A stretch of DNA of 59,826 nucleotides from an archaeon (GCA_029258795.1 JAPDKB010000016.1:1-59826); one strand, 5' to 3'. Counted from the stretch's first letter, positions 39,443 through 49,589 are shown. The notes: generated from the letters alone by a model not told the origin. Translations and numbers: made by a program.

Positions 39443-40919
39443 GAGGAATGAGGCGCTTGTGTTAAAAGCAATGATAGATGGGAACGAGTACAGCGTGAAT
39501 GAGCTTGTTGAAAAAACGAAGCTGAACATAGCAGCAGTTGTCAAGGCGCTGGAAGGGCTGAAAGTGAGGAAGTTGGTGGAGGTCAGAGAAGAGGAAAAGG
39601 ATGTTCTTGAGCTAAGTGAGGAGGGAGAGAAAGCTTTAGAAGAAGGGGTTGTGGAGAGAAAGCTTGTCAAGGAACTTGTGGAAGCTGGTGGAAACAAGCC
39701 AGTTGATGATATAGAAACTCAGCCGAAGGATGTTGCCATAGGATGGGCGATAAAGAAGGGCTGGGTCAAGCTGGAAAAGAAGGACAACAAGAGATTTGTT
39801 GTGGTTACAGCGAGAGGAAAGGAGCATGCTGATAAGGAGGACGAGCTGGAGAAAGCTCTCAGGGACATAGCTGAGGGCAGGAAGGTTGAGGACAAGCTGA
39901 TCAAAATCCTGCGCTCCAGAGGGCTGGTGGAAGCTGAGAAGAAATCGGAAAGGTACGCAAGAATAACGAAGGAAGGTGAGAAGGTTGCTGGAACCATAAA
40001 GGAAATAAAGGAGGAGGTGACGCTTCTCACGCCGGATCTCATAAAGACGGGCAAGTGGAAGGAAGTGGAGATCAAGCGCTACGATGTGAAGGACCCTGTT
40101 AGAGAGATTTATCCTGCAAAGAAACAGCCATACAGAGCTTTTCTCGATGAGGTGAAGAGGAAGCTCATCTCCATGGGCTTCAAGGAGATGGAAGGCCCGC
40201 TGATCGAGCTGGAGTTCTGGAACTTCGATGCTCTATTCCAGCCGCAGAACCATCCCGCAAGAACTTGGACGGACACCTACAAGCTGAAGCATCCAAGCCA
40301 CGGAAAGCTTCCAGCAAAGAAAATCGTTGAGAGGGTCAAGAAAACCCATGAAAATGGGTGGAAAACTGGCTCGAAGGGCTGGCGGTACAAGTGGAGTGAG
40401 GAAATAGCCAGCCAGTTGATGCCCCGTGCTCAGGGTACAGCATTATCTGCAAGAACTCTTGCCTCTCTTCCTGAAATTCCGGGTAAGTATTTTGCGATAG
40501 CAAGATGCTACAGACCGGATAAGCTTGACGCCACGCATCTCATCGAGTTCAATCAGGTTGAAGGTATAGTGCTGGGTGAAGAGCTGAACTTCAGGCATTT
40601 GCTTGGAATACTCAAAACCTTCGCCAAGGAGGTTGCAAGAGCAGAAAAGGTGAAGTTCTATCCTGATTATTATCCCTTCACCGAACCCTCCGTGCAGCTG
40701 TCCGCAAAACATCCCGAGCTCGGATGGGTTGAGTTGGGTGGAGCGGGAATATTCAGAGAGGAGGTAACAAAGCCGCTGGGCATAGACGTGCCCGTCATAG
40801 CATGGGGGCTTGGAATTGACAGGCTTGCGATGTTCAAGCTCGGCATAAAGGATATAAGGTACCTGTTCAGCTACGATCTTGAGTGGATAAGGAAGCACAA
40901 AGCCATCATCACGCTTTGA
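39432..40919 (+). CDS. pheS: Phenylalanine--tRNA ligase alpha subunit
   Basis: FWNFDALFQPQNHPAR, DATHLIEFNQVEG, YPFTEPS, AWGLGIDRLAM. Confidence 0.97.
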   Translation: MELERNEALVLKAMIDGNEYSVNELVEKTKLNIAAVVKALEGLKVRKLVEVREEEKDVLELSEEGEKALEEGVVERKLVKELVEAGGNKPVDDIETQPKDVAIGWAIKKGWVKLEKKDNKRFVVVTARGKEHADKEDELEKALRDIAEGRKVEDKLIKILRSRGLVEAEKKSERYARITKEGEKVAGTIKEIKEEVTLLTPDLIKTGKWKEVEIKRYDVKDPVREIYPAKKQPYRAFLDEVKRKLISMGFKEMEGPLIELEFWNFDALFQPQNHPARTWTDTYKLKHPSHGKLPAKKIVERVKKTHENGWKTGSKGWRYKWSEEIASQLMPRAQGTALSARTLASLPEIPGKYFAIARCYRPDKLDATHLIEFNQVEGIVLGEELNFRHLLGILKTFAKEVARAEKVKFYPDYYPFTEPSVQLSAKHPELGWVELGGAGIFREEVTKPLGIDVPVIAWGLGIDRLAMFKLGIKDIRYLFSYDLEWIRKHKAIITL

Positions 40920-40934
40920 AGAGGGTGGGATTTC

Positions 40935-42608
40935 ATGCCAACGGTTGAAATTTCAAGGAAAGACCTTGAAAAGCTGGTCGGAAGGAAAGCTTCGAGCATG
41001 GAAGGGCTTGAGGAATGGCTGATGTGGGTTAAGGGCGAGATAGATGATGTTGATGGAGACACCATAAAAGTTGATGTTAAGGACACCAACAGGCCTGACC
41101 TGTGGAGCGTTGAGGGCATGGCAAGGGAAATTAGAGGGCATCTCAAGATAGAAGGGGGTCTGCCACACTACACTGTTGGAGAAGCTTTAACTGAGGTTTT
41201 CGTTGATAAAAAGCTGAAAGATATAAGGCCTGTGATTGGCTGTGCCATCGTCAAAAACGTGAAGTTTGATGATGAGTCGATAAGGCAGCTGATGCAGCTG
41301 CAGGAAAAGATACACCACACCTTCGGAAGGAAGAGGGAGTATGTTGCGATAGGCGTTTCCAATTTCGACAAGATAAAGCCACCCATCTTTTACAAGGCTG
41401 TGAAACCGGACGAGCTGAAATTCCCCCCGCTCGGATTTGAGGAGGAGATGACACCAGCTGAGATTCTTGAGAAGCATCCGAAGGGACAGGAGTACGGGCA
41501 TCTTGTGGAGATGTTCAAGCGCTATCCCATAATAGTTGATTCTAAGAAGGAGGTCATTTCAATGCCGCCCATCATCAACTCCAACACCATAGGCAGGATA
41601 GATGAGAACACCAGGAACGTTTTCATCGATGTTACTGGATTGAGGGAGGAGGATGTCTTCACAGCCCTCAACGTCATGGTTACGGTCCTTGCTGATAGGG
41701 GTGGAGAAATATATGGAGTTGTGGTTCATGATGTTAATGGTAAGAAGCTTGTGCTTCCAGATCTGACCCCAAAAAGCGTTGAGGTGGAGAGCGAGAAGAT
41801 AAGGAGAATTCTTGGTATAGAGATCTCCGACCACGAAATAGTTGAGCTGCTGAAGGATGCAAGATATGATGCTGAAGTGGTGAAGGATGGTGTTATTGTT
41901 GCAAAATACCTCCCTACAAGAAACGACATCCTCCACTGGAGGGATGTGGCGGAGGACGTTGCTATAAGTTTTGGTTATAACGACATTCTGCCCGCTGAAC
42001 TTGCTGTCTCAACTCATGGCGAGCTTAGCAGGAGGGAGCTACTCTCCGATAAAATAAGAGAGCTCATGTTGGGTTATGAATTGCAGGAAGTGATGACATT
42101 CACTCTGACAAACAAGGAAGTGCTCTTCACCAAGATGAACAGAAAGGAAGAAGATGTGGTGGAGATAGCCAACCCCGTCTCCTCAAGCTGGACAACGATA
42201 AGAAACACAATCCTCCCATGCCTCATGGAGTTCTTGGCCAGAAACAAGCATGTGGAATATCCGCAGCGCATCTTTGAGGTGGGGGATGTCGTCGAGATAG
42301 ACGAAAAAGCAGAAACTGCAACCAGAACGAAAAGGCATCTCGCCATAGCCATCGCTTCCAGCACCGCCTCTTTTACGGAGATCAAGGAGATTGTGGAATC
42401 TTTTGCAAAGCAGCTTGGATTGAAGTTCGAGTATGAGGAAGAGAAGGATGGAGCGTTCATAGAGGGAAGGTGTGCTAGAATCATGCTCGGGAATAAAAAG
42501 ATTGGAGTGATGGGAGAGATAAATCCTGCTGTTCTCAACAACTGGGAGTTAGAGATGCCGGTAGCTGCTGCGGAGATAGAGCTTGAGGAGATTATGAAGC
42601 ATTTGTAA
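40935..42608 (+). CDS. pheT: Phenylalanine--tRNA ligase beta subunit
   Basis: MPTVE, NRPDLWSVEG, SMPPIINS, RNDILHWRDVAEDVAI. Confidence 0.97.
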   Translation: MPTVEISRKDLEKLVGRKASSMEGLEEWLMWVKGEIDDVDGDTIKVDVKDTNRPDLWSVEGMAREIRGHLKIEGGLPHYTVGEALTEVFVDKKLKDIRPVIGCAIVKNVKFDDESIRQLMQLQEKIHHTFGRKREYVAIGVSNFDKIKPPIFYKAVKPDELKFPPLGFEEEMTPAEILEKHPKGQEYGHLVEMFKRYPIIVDSKKEVISMPPIINSNTIGRIDENTRNVFIDVTGLREEDVFTALNVMVTVLADRGGEIYGVVVHDVNGKKLVLPDLTPKSVEVESEKIRRILGIEISDHEIVELLKDARYDAEVVKDGVIVAKYLPTRNDILHWRDVAEDVAISFGYNDILPAELAVSTHGELSRRELLSDKIRELMLGYELQEVMTFTLTNKEVLFTKMNRKEEDVVEIANPVSSSWTTIRNTILPCLMEFLARNKHVEYPQRIFEVGDVVEIDEKAETATRTKRHLAIAIASSTASFTEIKEIVESFAKQLGLKFEYEEEKDGAFIEGRCARIMLGNKKIGVMGEINPAVLNNWELEMPVAAAEIELEEIMKHL

Positions 42609-42636
42609 TGCACACTAGAAGCTGGGTGTAGGTATC

Positions 42637-43008
42637 GTGTTGAAACCAGTCTTGAAAAATGGCAAGTTGGAAGTTAAAATAAAAAGGAAGAAGGATTCAC
42701 AAAACCAAAAATATAGAGGAGTGTTGTTGAGTGAAATAGCTAAACGATTTAAAGAAGAGACTGAGAACACGGGCAAGTTATACTGTGGTGGGGGAGCCGG
42801 ATATAGTCGCCACGACAAAGCATTCAGATTATATAGTAAAGTTCTCAGCGAGTTTAGAAGGAAATATCCTGAAAAGTACGAGGAAGGCTTTGATGCGTTT
42901 AAAGCAAATGAGGAGAAGAAGCTTCAGGAAGTGCTCGAATTTCTCAGAAGTAAAGTAAAAATAAAACTGGTTGATAGCAAAGAACATTTTGAGGTCCAGA
43001 TAAAATAA
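42637..43008 (+). CDS. Hypothetical basic protein (possibly 5'-truncated)
   Basis: 123-aa Lys/Glu-rich ORF with GTG start and no clear RBS. Confidence 0.5.
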   Translation: MLKPVLKNGKLEVKIKRKKDSQNQKYRGVLLSEIAKRFKEETENTGKLYCGGGAGYSRHDKAFRLYSKVLSEFRRKYPEKYEEGFDAFKANEEKKLQEVLEFLRSKVKIKLVDSKEHFEVQIK

Positions 43009-43009
43009 T

Positions 43010-43687
43010 TCAAAGGAACTCCACGTTCCTCACGTCAAATACAATTTCTTTACCATCCACAATATGTAAGCAACCCTCACATCTTATGGTCTTGTTTTTA
43101 GCAAGCCCTAATCTTTCAATTTCATCCTTGCTTTTGAACTTTAGGTATTTAACCCTACTTCTATTTCTTCTCGGTTTAGGGTCCAACGTCACTGTAAAAA
43201 GATCAGTAAAAGGCGGACAATTAGCTTTTGTCGGGTCATATATTGCTTTGATCTCTCCCTGCAAAATGACTCTTCTGCCCTGCTTTTCGATAACAGAGAA
43301 GTCGTTGGAAGGGATTGCGCCAGAACAAATAGGACAAGCTGCTATGTATTTTCTAAGCACAATTGTGTGTTTATCTTTCCCCTCAATTATTTCAGCGTCT
43401 TTTATCCCACACACATTACCCTTCAATACCTTTTCTACAAATCTCAAAGCACATTTGTAAGATATCGCCTGTATTTCAATTTCATCCACAGATTCTTTCA
43501 CGAGTTTTTCCAAGTCTTTAATGGCGCTATCAAAATCGACCCATCCACATTGCGCGAGATAAGCGCATAAGCGTGAGCAGTATTTACCTCTTGAGGCATA
43601 CACTCCTATCTTTATTGCTTTATCTTCAGGTATTGGTTTTCCGCAGTTGGAGCAAATCGATAAGTATCTCGTATGATTCACCCTCAC
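43010..43687 (-). CDS. Hypothetical Zn-finger protein
   Basis: CSNC...YCSRLC treble-clef-like finger, second CPIC, beta-rich C-terminus. Confidence 0.65.
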   Translation of the reverse strand: MRVNHTRYLSICSNCGKPIPEDKAIKIGVYASRGKYCSRLCAYLAQCGWVDFDSAIKDLEKLVKESVDEIEIQAISYKCALRFVEKVLKGNVCGIKDAEIIEGKDKHTIVLRKYIAACPICSGAIPSNDFSVIEKQGRRVILQGEIKAIYDPTKANCPPFTDLFTVTLDPKPRRNRSRVKYLKFKSKDEIERLGLAKNKTIRCEGCLHIVDGKEIVFDVRNVEFL

Positions 43688-43725
43688 ATAAATAATTTTT
43701 AAAAAGCATAACCACTTGATTTTTA

Positions 43726-44070
43726 TCAGTGAATTTCATATACATACTTCTTACCCTCTTTTGTAATCTGTCCATGACCTTTTGCAACCATACATAAAAG
43801 GATTGCTTGAACCTCATATTTTTGTTTCCATCCAGTTGTTTCTAAATATTGATCATAACCTTTAGAGTTGATAATGTTTATTGCCTCACTAATTGATATT
43901 TTCCTGCCTTTAAAAATATCAAGAAACATGTTTACAATCTCTTTACTTATGGTTCGTCTAGAAATCTCTCCGCTTTTACCTATTGGCCCCTCTACGATAT
44001 AAGAATCGTTTTCTTCATATATGCAGTATTCATTTCTCAATTTTATTGTAGTTAGATGTTTCAACATCAT
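43726..44070 (-). CDS. Hypothetical protein, possible winged-helix C-terminus
   Basis: Ends ...AILLCMVAKGHGQITKEGKKYVYEIH (helix + wing pattern). Confidence 0.55.
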   Translation of the reverse strand: MMLKHLTTIKLRNEYCIYEENDSYIVEGPIGKSGEISRRTISKEIVNMFLDIFKGRKISISEAINIINSKGYDQYLETTGWKQKYEVQAILLCMVAKGHGQITKEGKKYVYEIH

Positions 44071-44111
44071 GTGATATACAATTGAAAAAATTTTAATTCA
44101 TTAGTGCTTAT

Positions 44112-44309
44112 TCAGGATCTAGCATTTTTATTTTGATACTTAAGCTTGTTTTTTCTTATGACTCTTTCCATCTCCCCTTCCGCCAGCTGTCTAAATGAGA
44201 AAATATTAACCACTCCCTTTTTTAAGGATTATTTATATTTTTCCTAACTTTTATCCTTGTAGTGATCTTTCATCAGAACTATTTTCATATCCGGGTTCCG
44301 CTCTAACAT
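44112..44309 (-). pseudogene. Decayed small ORF with two in-frame stops
   Basis: Strong GGAGGTG RBS then MLERNPDMKIVLMKDHYKDKS*EKYK*SLKKGVVNIFSFRQLAEGEMERVIRKNKLKYQNKNARS*. Confidence 0.35.
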
Positions 44310-44443
44310 GACACCTCCAGCTAATCTTTGGATATACACAAGTGCCAAAAGGTTATTTACAAGAACTATGAAGGAAATTAGAAATATAAGATTAAATTTG
44401 TAGGTATTGAAAAAGATGTTTTTCGAAAAGGAGATGATGTGAG

Positions 44444-47400
44444 ATGGATATGAATAAAAAATTATTGAAAAAGAAAGAAGAGGAGAAAATGGATGAAATC
44501 GAAATTAAGAAAGAAAAACTAGCCAAAAAGGAAAAGCCGATTGGTGTTGAAGAGGCACGAAAATTAGAAGAATTGAAAAAAGAAGTATCAAAGCCATCTA
44601 TTATAATCAGAGAAGAAGAGGAAGAACTCACAGAAGAAGAAAAGAAAGTGTTAGTGATTCTCGAAATGGTTAGTAAGAATAAGAACGGGTTAAGAGTTAC
44701 AGGATTTCAAATAAAAGATTTTTTGGAATTAATATTTCCAGAAATCGATATAGATAAAGTCTATTCCCAATTGAAAGAAAAAAATTTAGTTTCTCAGCGA
44801 AAAGATTCAGAGGAGTTTTGGTTAACTTATAAAGGGGAAGAAATAGCTAAAAAATGTGAAGAACTTAAACGACCAATTTTGGAAAAAGTAAGCCATCTTT
44901 TAGAAAGTGTTCTAGAGAAAAATGAGTTGCTAAAAAGAATGTTGTATCTTTCCTATTTAGATGAATGGAAATTTAAGGCATACTATCTTCCGAAGATTAA
45001 AGACAATCTCACAGAAAAACATCAAGTTCTTTGTACATTTATCTGCGACGAAGAGTTTTTACAATTACCTTCCGTGGAGAAATTGGTTAGAAAAGTAAGA
45101 AAAGAAGAACCACCATTACTTGAAAAAGAACTAGAAAACCTTTGTGAGGATAGCGACTTTCTAAGAGCTCTCCTTATCTTGAAACTTAATGAGTTAAAAG
45201 ATAAACTTGGTTTGGGTATAGACTCTTCTTTATATTATGGAAATTATGTAGAGGGTCTTACTAAATTTATGGAAAAATCAAAAGTAAACGAGATCATTAG
45301 TAGGTTTTTAATGTTAGGTATAATCGATTCTGAAAATTTGTTTAATCTGAACGTAGAAAAGGTTCTTCTTCGTAATGATAATCTTCAAAAAATTAAAGAA
45401 ATGTTAAGTTTTGACGAGAATGAGTTAGAAAAAGAAATAAAATGCAACTGGTACCTGTTCGTAGATTTAAAAAGGATGTTAGATGGTTATACTCCTTCTA
45501 ACCTTGAAAAATTCATAAAAATGAATGCTGTTCTTCTTTCTAAGGATAGAATATTAGTGAGATCTGAATTAAGAAAGATTTATGATAAAATTGTCAATTA
45601 TATTGAAACTAAACTCAAAGAAAAAATTGGTGATATTTCTAATGTTGTAATTCTTCTGTTTTACGATAGGGACAGAATTAAGAAATTAGAAGGAAAAATA
45701 GTAATCATTTTAGAAGGAGATATTGATGATGAACATATCTTGGAAAAAAACGTTATTTTGAAAGTATCTCCTAAAGAAATTGGTATGGAAACTACTAGAA
45801 AGATAAATGAAGAATACAATGCTATCGGAAAAATAGAAAATTTGGACAATGTGAAGGATAGATTTAATTTATGTGAATGGGTTAAGGTTGAGGATAATTA
45901 TTACGTAAAGAAAGCTAAAGAGATTATCGAAGATAAGAAGACTCCTAAAATTTCCTTTAATGAGTTCATGGAGGAGATAAAAAAAGATCCCAAACTTTCT
46001 TTTATGTTGTTTATCGCTTCTACAAAGTACACTTCTCGAAGTGGCATGAGATACTATTCCGAAGATATTCTCTGGTCTGATGTTTGGATAAATATGAAAA
46101 GGATCTTCCCAAATATTACGGAAAAAGAATTTTCAGAATTAAAAAATAAACTGTTAGAACTCGCTAAAAGGGCTAGGGTGAATATTGTATTGTTTGATGA
46201 AAAAGAAAAAGTATATGAGAAGTGTAAGAAAATTCTAACAGAGGAGATTCTAAAAAGAGTTGTGGATCTAGATGAAAATTCTAAAAAAATGTTATTCACA
46301 TTCTTAAAATTAATTTCATTAGAAGAAGATGATTACCCTTACAATTTTTTCTGGTATGTTGAGTGGGGCAGTTGGAAGAATAAATTTCCTATTCTTTATG
46401 AGTTTTTCTTTAAGGAAAAATACGAAGGTGATTTGGAAAGGTTATGGAGACTCATTAATAGTGTTGGACTTGGAATAGAAGCTACTTGGATTCATTCTCA
46501 TGGCCCGTGGAAAGGTAAGGAATTGCATAGGCGCGTTATTTATTTTTTCAAAGAAATTAAAGAAGAAATAGAAAAAATTTTACAAGACGAAATAAAAACC
46601 ATAAAAATTGATATCTCATTATTCTCAGAGAGTATAAAAGAAAATATTATAGAGCTTATTGGATTAGATTTTATTCTTTCTAAAAATGGTTTCTGTAATA
46701 AGGAAGAATTAAGAGATTTTCTTTGGAATATATCTTTGAAAGCTTGGAAAGAGTTTGAGTCCTTTGAAGGAATAATCTCACCTAAAGATGAAGAAATAAT
46801 TGTGATCAACCCCTTAATAATAGAAGAAATCCAAAAGTTTGTAAAATTAAGGAAGAGAGAAATTATTGAAAAAACAAGTAAAGAACTTATAGAAATACTA
46901 AGGTCTTCCGAGGATTTTGGAATTGATATTACATTTGACAAAGAATTATCAATCTATAGAGGAATTATCAGAACAAAAGAAGGGGAGGAAATAACCTTAA
47001 TCATAGCTCCTTGGTATCTTCCACGATACGAAAACTTATTCGGAAGAAAAACACTATTGATAGTTACCTCTCAACCAGATTATGAACAATTAAAGAGAAT
47101 CATTAAAGAAAAAAATGATGAGATCGCCATTCTTTTCCTTCATAGGAAGGATGTTTACATCTATTCGTCTTTCGAAGACAATTCAATTATAAATCTAATT
47201 ATAAAAAACACGTCTCAATACGAGTATGAAATTAAAGAAAAAGAATTAGAATTTGAGGAAATAGAAAAGAAAGAAGAAACAATAGAAAAGGTTTTAATTT
47301 CGAAAACTAGAGAACTTAAAGCAGAAAGGGAAATTTTAGATGAGATTTTTCCTTCATTAGGTACAAAATGTTTCTCTTCTTTGTTTGATAGTAGCGGAAA

Positions 47401-48427
47401 ACCTAAATGTGTTATACTTATAGGGAAAGGTGATGGAAAAGATGTAATAGAGAGTCTTATGAAAAAAGAACTTGAATATTGGGGATATTCTACATTCCAT
47501 ACTAAGCAAATAGAATGTATTAAAAAGGATGAAAAAGAGGAAATAAAGACTTACGTAAACACAGAATTTATCGAAGATCCTGTAAAAGTGATTGAGTATA
47601 TAAGCAATCCTAAATACAGGATAGTAACAATAACCCTTTACCCAGAACTTTTGGAATTAATAGAGAAAATAGTCGAGAGGTTAAAAGAAGTTGAAACACA
47701 GGGGCTTAAATATATACTCTTCCATATACCTGTTGAAGGATTACCTAATGAAATAAAGGATAAAATTGAAAAAAGATCCTCAATCCCCATTTATATCATC
47801 AAACTCTTAGAAGGCGAATCTATTTGGGATGCCAAAAATAGGTTATTAAAGTTTTTTGGAGAAGGTATAACTACTAGAACCTTGTTAGAATTTGAAAGCT
47901 TAGATTCATGGTGGAATAAATTCCAGCAGGATCTACCAGACATCAGAGACAAACTCAGGGAAGAAATATCAAGAGATCCTGAGATAGACTTTCCACAATT
48001 GGATGAGGAAGATGATCTCCATTATTTGATGAAGGCAATAGTTTATAAATATCTAAAATTACGAGGTTATGAAGTGAGAATAGAAGAGCCTCAAACTATA
48101 GAGGAGAGAAAAATAAGGCCAGACCTTATCGCTTACAAGAAGGGAAAAGAAATTTATGTGGAAATAGAAACGGGATATCCAACTAAAGACGAGAAAGAAG
48201 AGTTTGGTGAGGTTATAAATCCTGAAAAGCGTCTTAAAAGTAGTAAAAAATTAGGAAAATATAAAAACAAAGATGTTATGTTGGTCGTTCCTAATGAATT
48301 TGGAATAATCCATAAAAGGAGATTTAAAAGTTGGAAAAATTACTTTAGGACCAAACATAATGTGAACCTTTCTATTTATGTTATTGACTGGTCCTCATAC
48401 CCGTGTAAGTTAATCAGGTTGGCTTAA
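44444..48427 (+). CDS. 1327-aa multidomain protein with a C-terminal PD-(D/E)xK-like nuclease domain
   Basis: C-term HYLMK...GYEVRIEE...RPDLIAYKKGKEIYVEIETG; N-term wHTH-like LKEKNLV...FWLTYKGEEIA; degenerate P-loop-like VILIGKGDGKD. Confidence 0.7.
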   Translation: MDMNKKLLKKKEEEKMDEIEIKKEKLAKKEKPIGVEEARKLEELKKEVSKPSIIIREEEEELTEEEKKVLVILEMVSKNKNGLRVTGFQIKDFLELIFPEIDIDKVYSQLKEKNLVSQRKDSEEFWLTYKGEEIAKKCEELKRPILEKVSHLLESVLEKNELLKRMLYLSYLDEWKFKAYYLPKIKDNLTEKHQVLCTFICDEEFLQLPSVEKLVRKVRKEEPPLLEKELENLCEDSDFLRALLILKLNELKDKLGLGIDSSLYYGNYVEGLTKFMEKSKVNEIISRFLMLGIIDSENLFNLNVEKVLLRNDNLQKIKEMLSFDENELEKEIKCNWYLFVDLKRMLDGYTPSNLEKFIKMNAVLLSKDRILVRSELRKIYDKIVNYIETKLKEKIGDISNVVILLFYDRDRIKKLEGKIVIILEGDIDDEHILEKNVILKVSPKEIGMETTRKINEEYNAIGKIENLDNVKDRFNLCEWVKVEDNYYVKKAKEIIEDKKTPKISFNEFMEEIKKDPKLSFMLFIASTKYTSRSGMRYYSEDILWSDVWINMKRIFPNITEKEFSELKNKLLELAKRARVNIVLFDEKEKVYEKCKKILTEEILKRVVDLDENSKKMLFTFLKLISLEEDDYPYNFFWYVEWGSWKNKFPILYEFFFKEKYEGDLERLWRLINSVGLGIEATWIHSHGPWKGKELHRRVIYFFKEIKEEIEKILQDEIKTIKIDISLFSESIKENIIELIGLDFILSKNGFCNKEELRDFLWNISLKAWKEFESFEGIISPKDEEIIVINPLIIEEIQKFVKLRKREIIEKTSKELIEILRSSEDFGIDITFDKELSIYRGIIRTKEGEEITLIIAPWYLPRYENLFGRKTLLIVTSQPDYEQLKRIIKEKNDEIAILFLHRKDVYIYSSFEDNSIINLIIKNTSQYEYEIKEKELEFEEIEKKEETIEKVLISKTRELKAEREILDEIFPSLGTKCFSSLFDSSGKPKCVILIGKGDGKDVIESLMKKELEYWGYSTFHTKQIECIKKDEKEEIKTYVNTEFIEDPVKVIEYISNPKYRIVTITLYPELLELIEKIVERLKEVETQGLKYILFHIPVEGLPNEIKDKIEKRSSIPIYIIKLLEGESIWDAKNRLLKFFGEGITTRTLLEFESLDSWWNKFQQDLPDIRDKLREEISRDPEIDFPQLDEEDDLHYLMKAIVYKYLKLRGYEVRIEEPQTIEERKIRPDLIAYKKGKEIYVEIETGYPTKDEKEEFGEVINPEKRLKSSKKLGKYKNKDVMLVVPNEFGIIHKRRFKSWKNYFRTKHNVNLSIYVIDWSSYPCKLIRLA

Positions 48428-48462
48428 GCTCCTTTTTAATTCTTCCTATAATATCCATTTTG

Positions 48463-48482
48463 GGAGTGAAATCCTTCACTCC
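48463..48482. terminator. Hairpin GGAGTGAA-ATCC-TTCACTCC between convergent genes
   Basis: 8-bp perfect stem at the island right edge, overlapping the stop of the small minus-strand ORF. Confidence 0.35.
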
Positions 48483-48658
48483 TTCTTCCCGTTCGGCAGA
48501 ACCTTGTCAAGCGTTTTTCTGAGCTCCTCAAGCTGATGCACGTTCAGAAAGATTTTGCACGAATCTCCAAATTTCAGTATAAAGTCGTATCTCATTCCGT
48601 TGTGTTCTTTCACGTCAACCTTATCTTCATTATCCAGATGTATGGTCCCCTTGAACAT
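48476..48658 (-). CDS. Small hypothetical protein
   Basis: 60 aa from ATG 48658, protein-like composition, host-like G+C. Confidence 0.5.
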   Translation of the reverse strand: MFKGTIHLDNEDKVDVKEHNGMRYDFILKFGDSCKIFLNVHQLEELRKTLDKVLPNGKKE

Positions 48659-48815
48659 CGGGCAATGCACCCAATGGTAATCAAATTCCTCCGTAAACTA
48701 TAAAAGCTTTCACAATGTTGAGAGGTCGAGACACTCGCAGTACAATTATATTTGAAGCTCAGAGGTATTAATGACTTTCTCTTCTCCAAAAAAGAAATGA
48801 ATAAAAAGCTCGTCA

Positions 48816-49589
48816 CTACTTCCTCAAGAATCCGAACAACCTTGCAAGCAATCCAGCTTCTTTCGGTTTGGGTGGTGTCCATTCTATGCCTGCAAGCTTT
48901 GCCGCAAGCACCTTCATCTCTATTGCGGCTTTTGTTTCTGGAGCCAGCATCACTAAAGGTGTTTTGGATGCTATAGATTCGTGTATCTTTGGTTCTTCAG
49001 GGATGGTGGAGATGACAGGATATCCGAGCAATGATTCAACATCATCAACCGTGAGTTCATGCAGTTTTCCTGTGACTCGGTTCAGCACCACCCCCAGAAT
49101 GTGGGAGCCAAACTCCTCTGAGAGCTTTATCACTTTTAGCGCATCCGTCACAGAGGGCAGATCAGGATTCGTGACGACGAGCACTTCATCCGTTGCCTCA
49201 AGCCCGCTCAGCGGCTCCCTTCCCAAGCCAGCAGCCCCGTCCAGAATCACGAAATCGTGAGTTCCGAGCAACTCGAGAAATATTTCAGCAAGTTTGTCTG
49301 GCTTTGTTGATTTCAGGTCTGAGATGGATATACCTCCCGGAATAACCTTAAGTCCTGATGGATGCACGTATATCGCTTCATCAATGGTCGCATCTCCCCT
49401 GAGCACATCATGTAATGTTTTTGGATAAAGAGGCACCCCCAAGTGGAATCCGAGGTGGGGTGTGGTTAGGTTTCCATCAACCAGAAGCGTGCTCACTCCG
49501 AACTCGTTGAGCGCTGCACCCAAGTTGGAGGCTACAGTTGTCTTACCGACACCTCCTTTTCCAGAAGCAACACAGATGAGTCGTGTCAT
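48816..49589 (-). CDS. minD: Archaeal MinD-family ATPase
   Basis: ASGKGGVGKTT, VDGNL, LDGAAGLG, C-terminal amphipathic GLLARLFGFLRK. Confidence 0.93.
   Translation of the reverse strand: MTRLICVASGKGGVGKTTVASNLGAALNEFGVSTLLVDGNLTTPHLGFHLGVPLYPKTLHDVLRGDATIDEAIYVHPSGLKVIPGGISISDLKSTKPDKLAEIFLELLGTHDFVILDGAAGLGREPLSGLEATDEVLVVTNPDLPSVTDALKVIKLSEEFGSHILGVVLNRVTGKLHELTVDDVESLLGYPVISTIPEEPKIHESIASKTPLVMLAPETKAAIEMKVLAAKLAGIEWTPPKPKEAGLLARLFGFLRK

Larger units (their letters stand above)
42609..48470. other. AT-rich accessory island between pheT and minD (no integrase seen)
   Basis: Abrupt drop in G+C (three sampled 60-nt lines: 20, 25 and 38% versus about 55% in a pheS line), A/T-ending codons, orphan genes and a decayed ORF. 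Confidence 0.7.

Noticed and set aside
44112-44309. Stop-codon recoding (pyrrolysine/selenocysteine or alternative code)
   Set aside because: The internal stops are TAG and TAA mixed, and all core genes terminate normally with TAA, TAG or TGA
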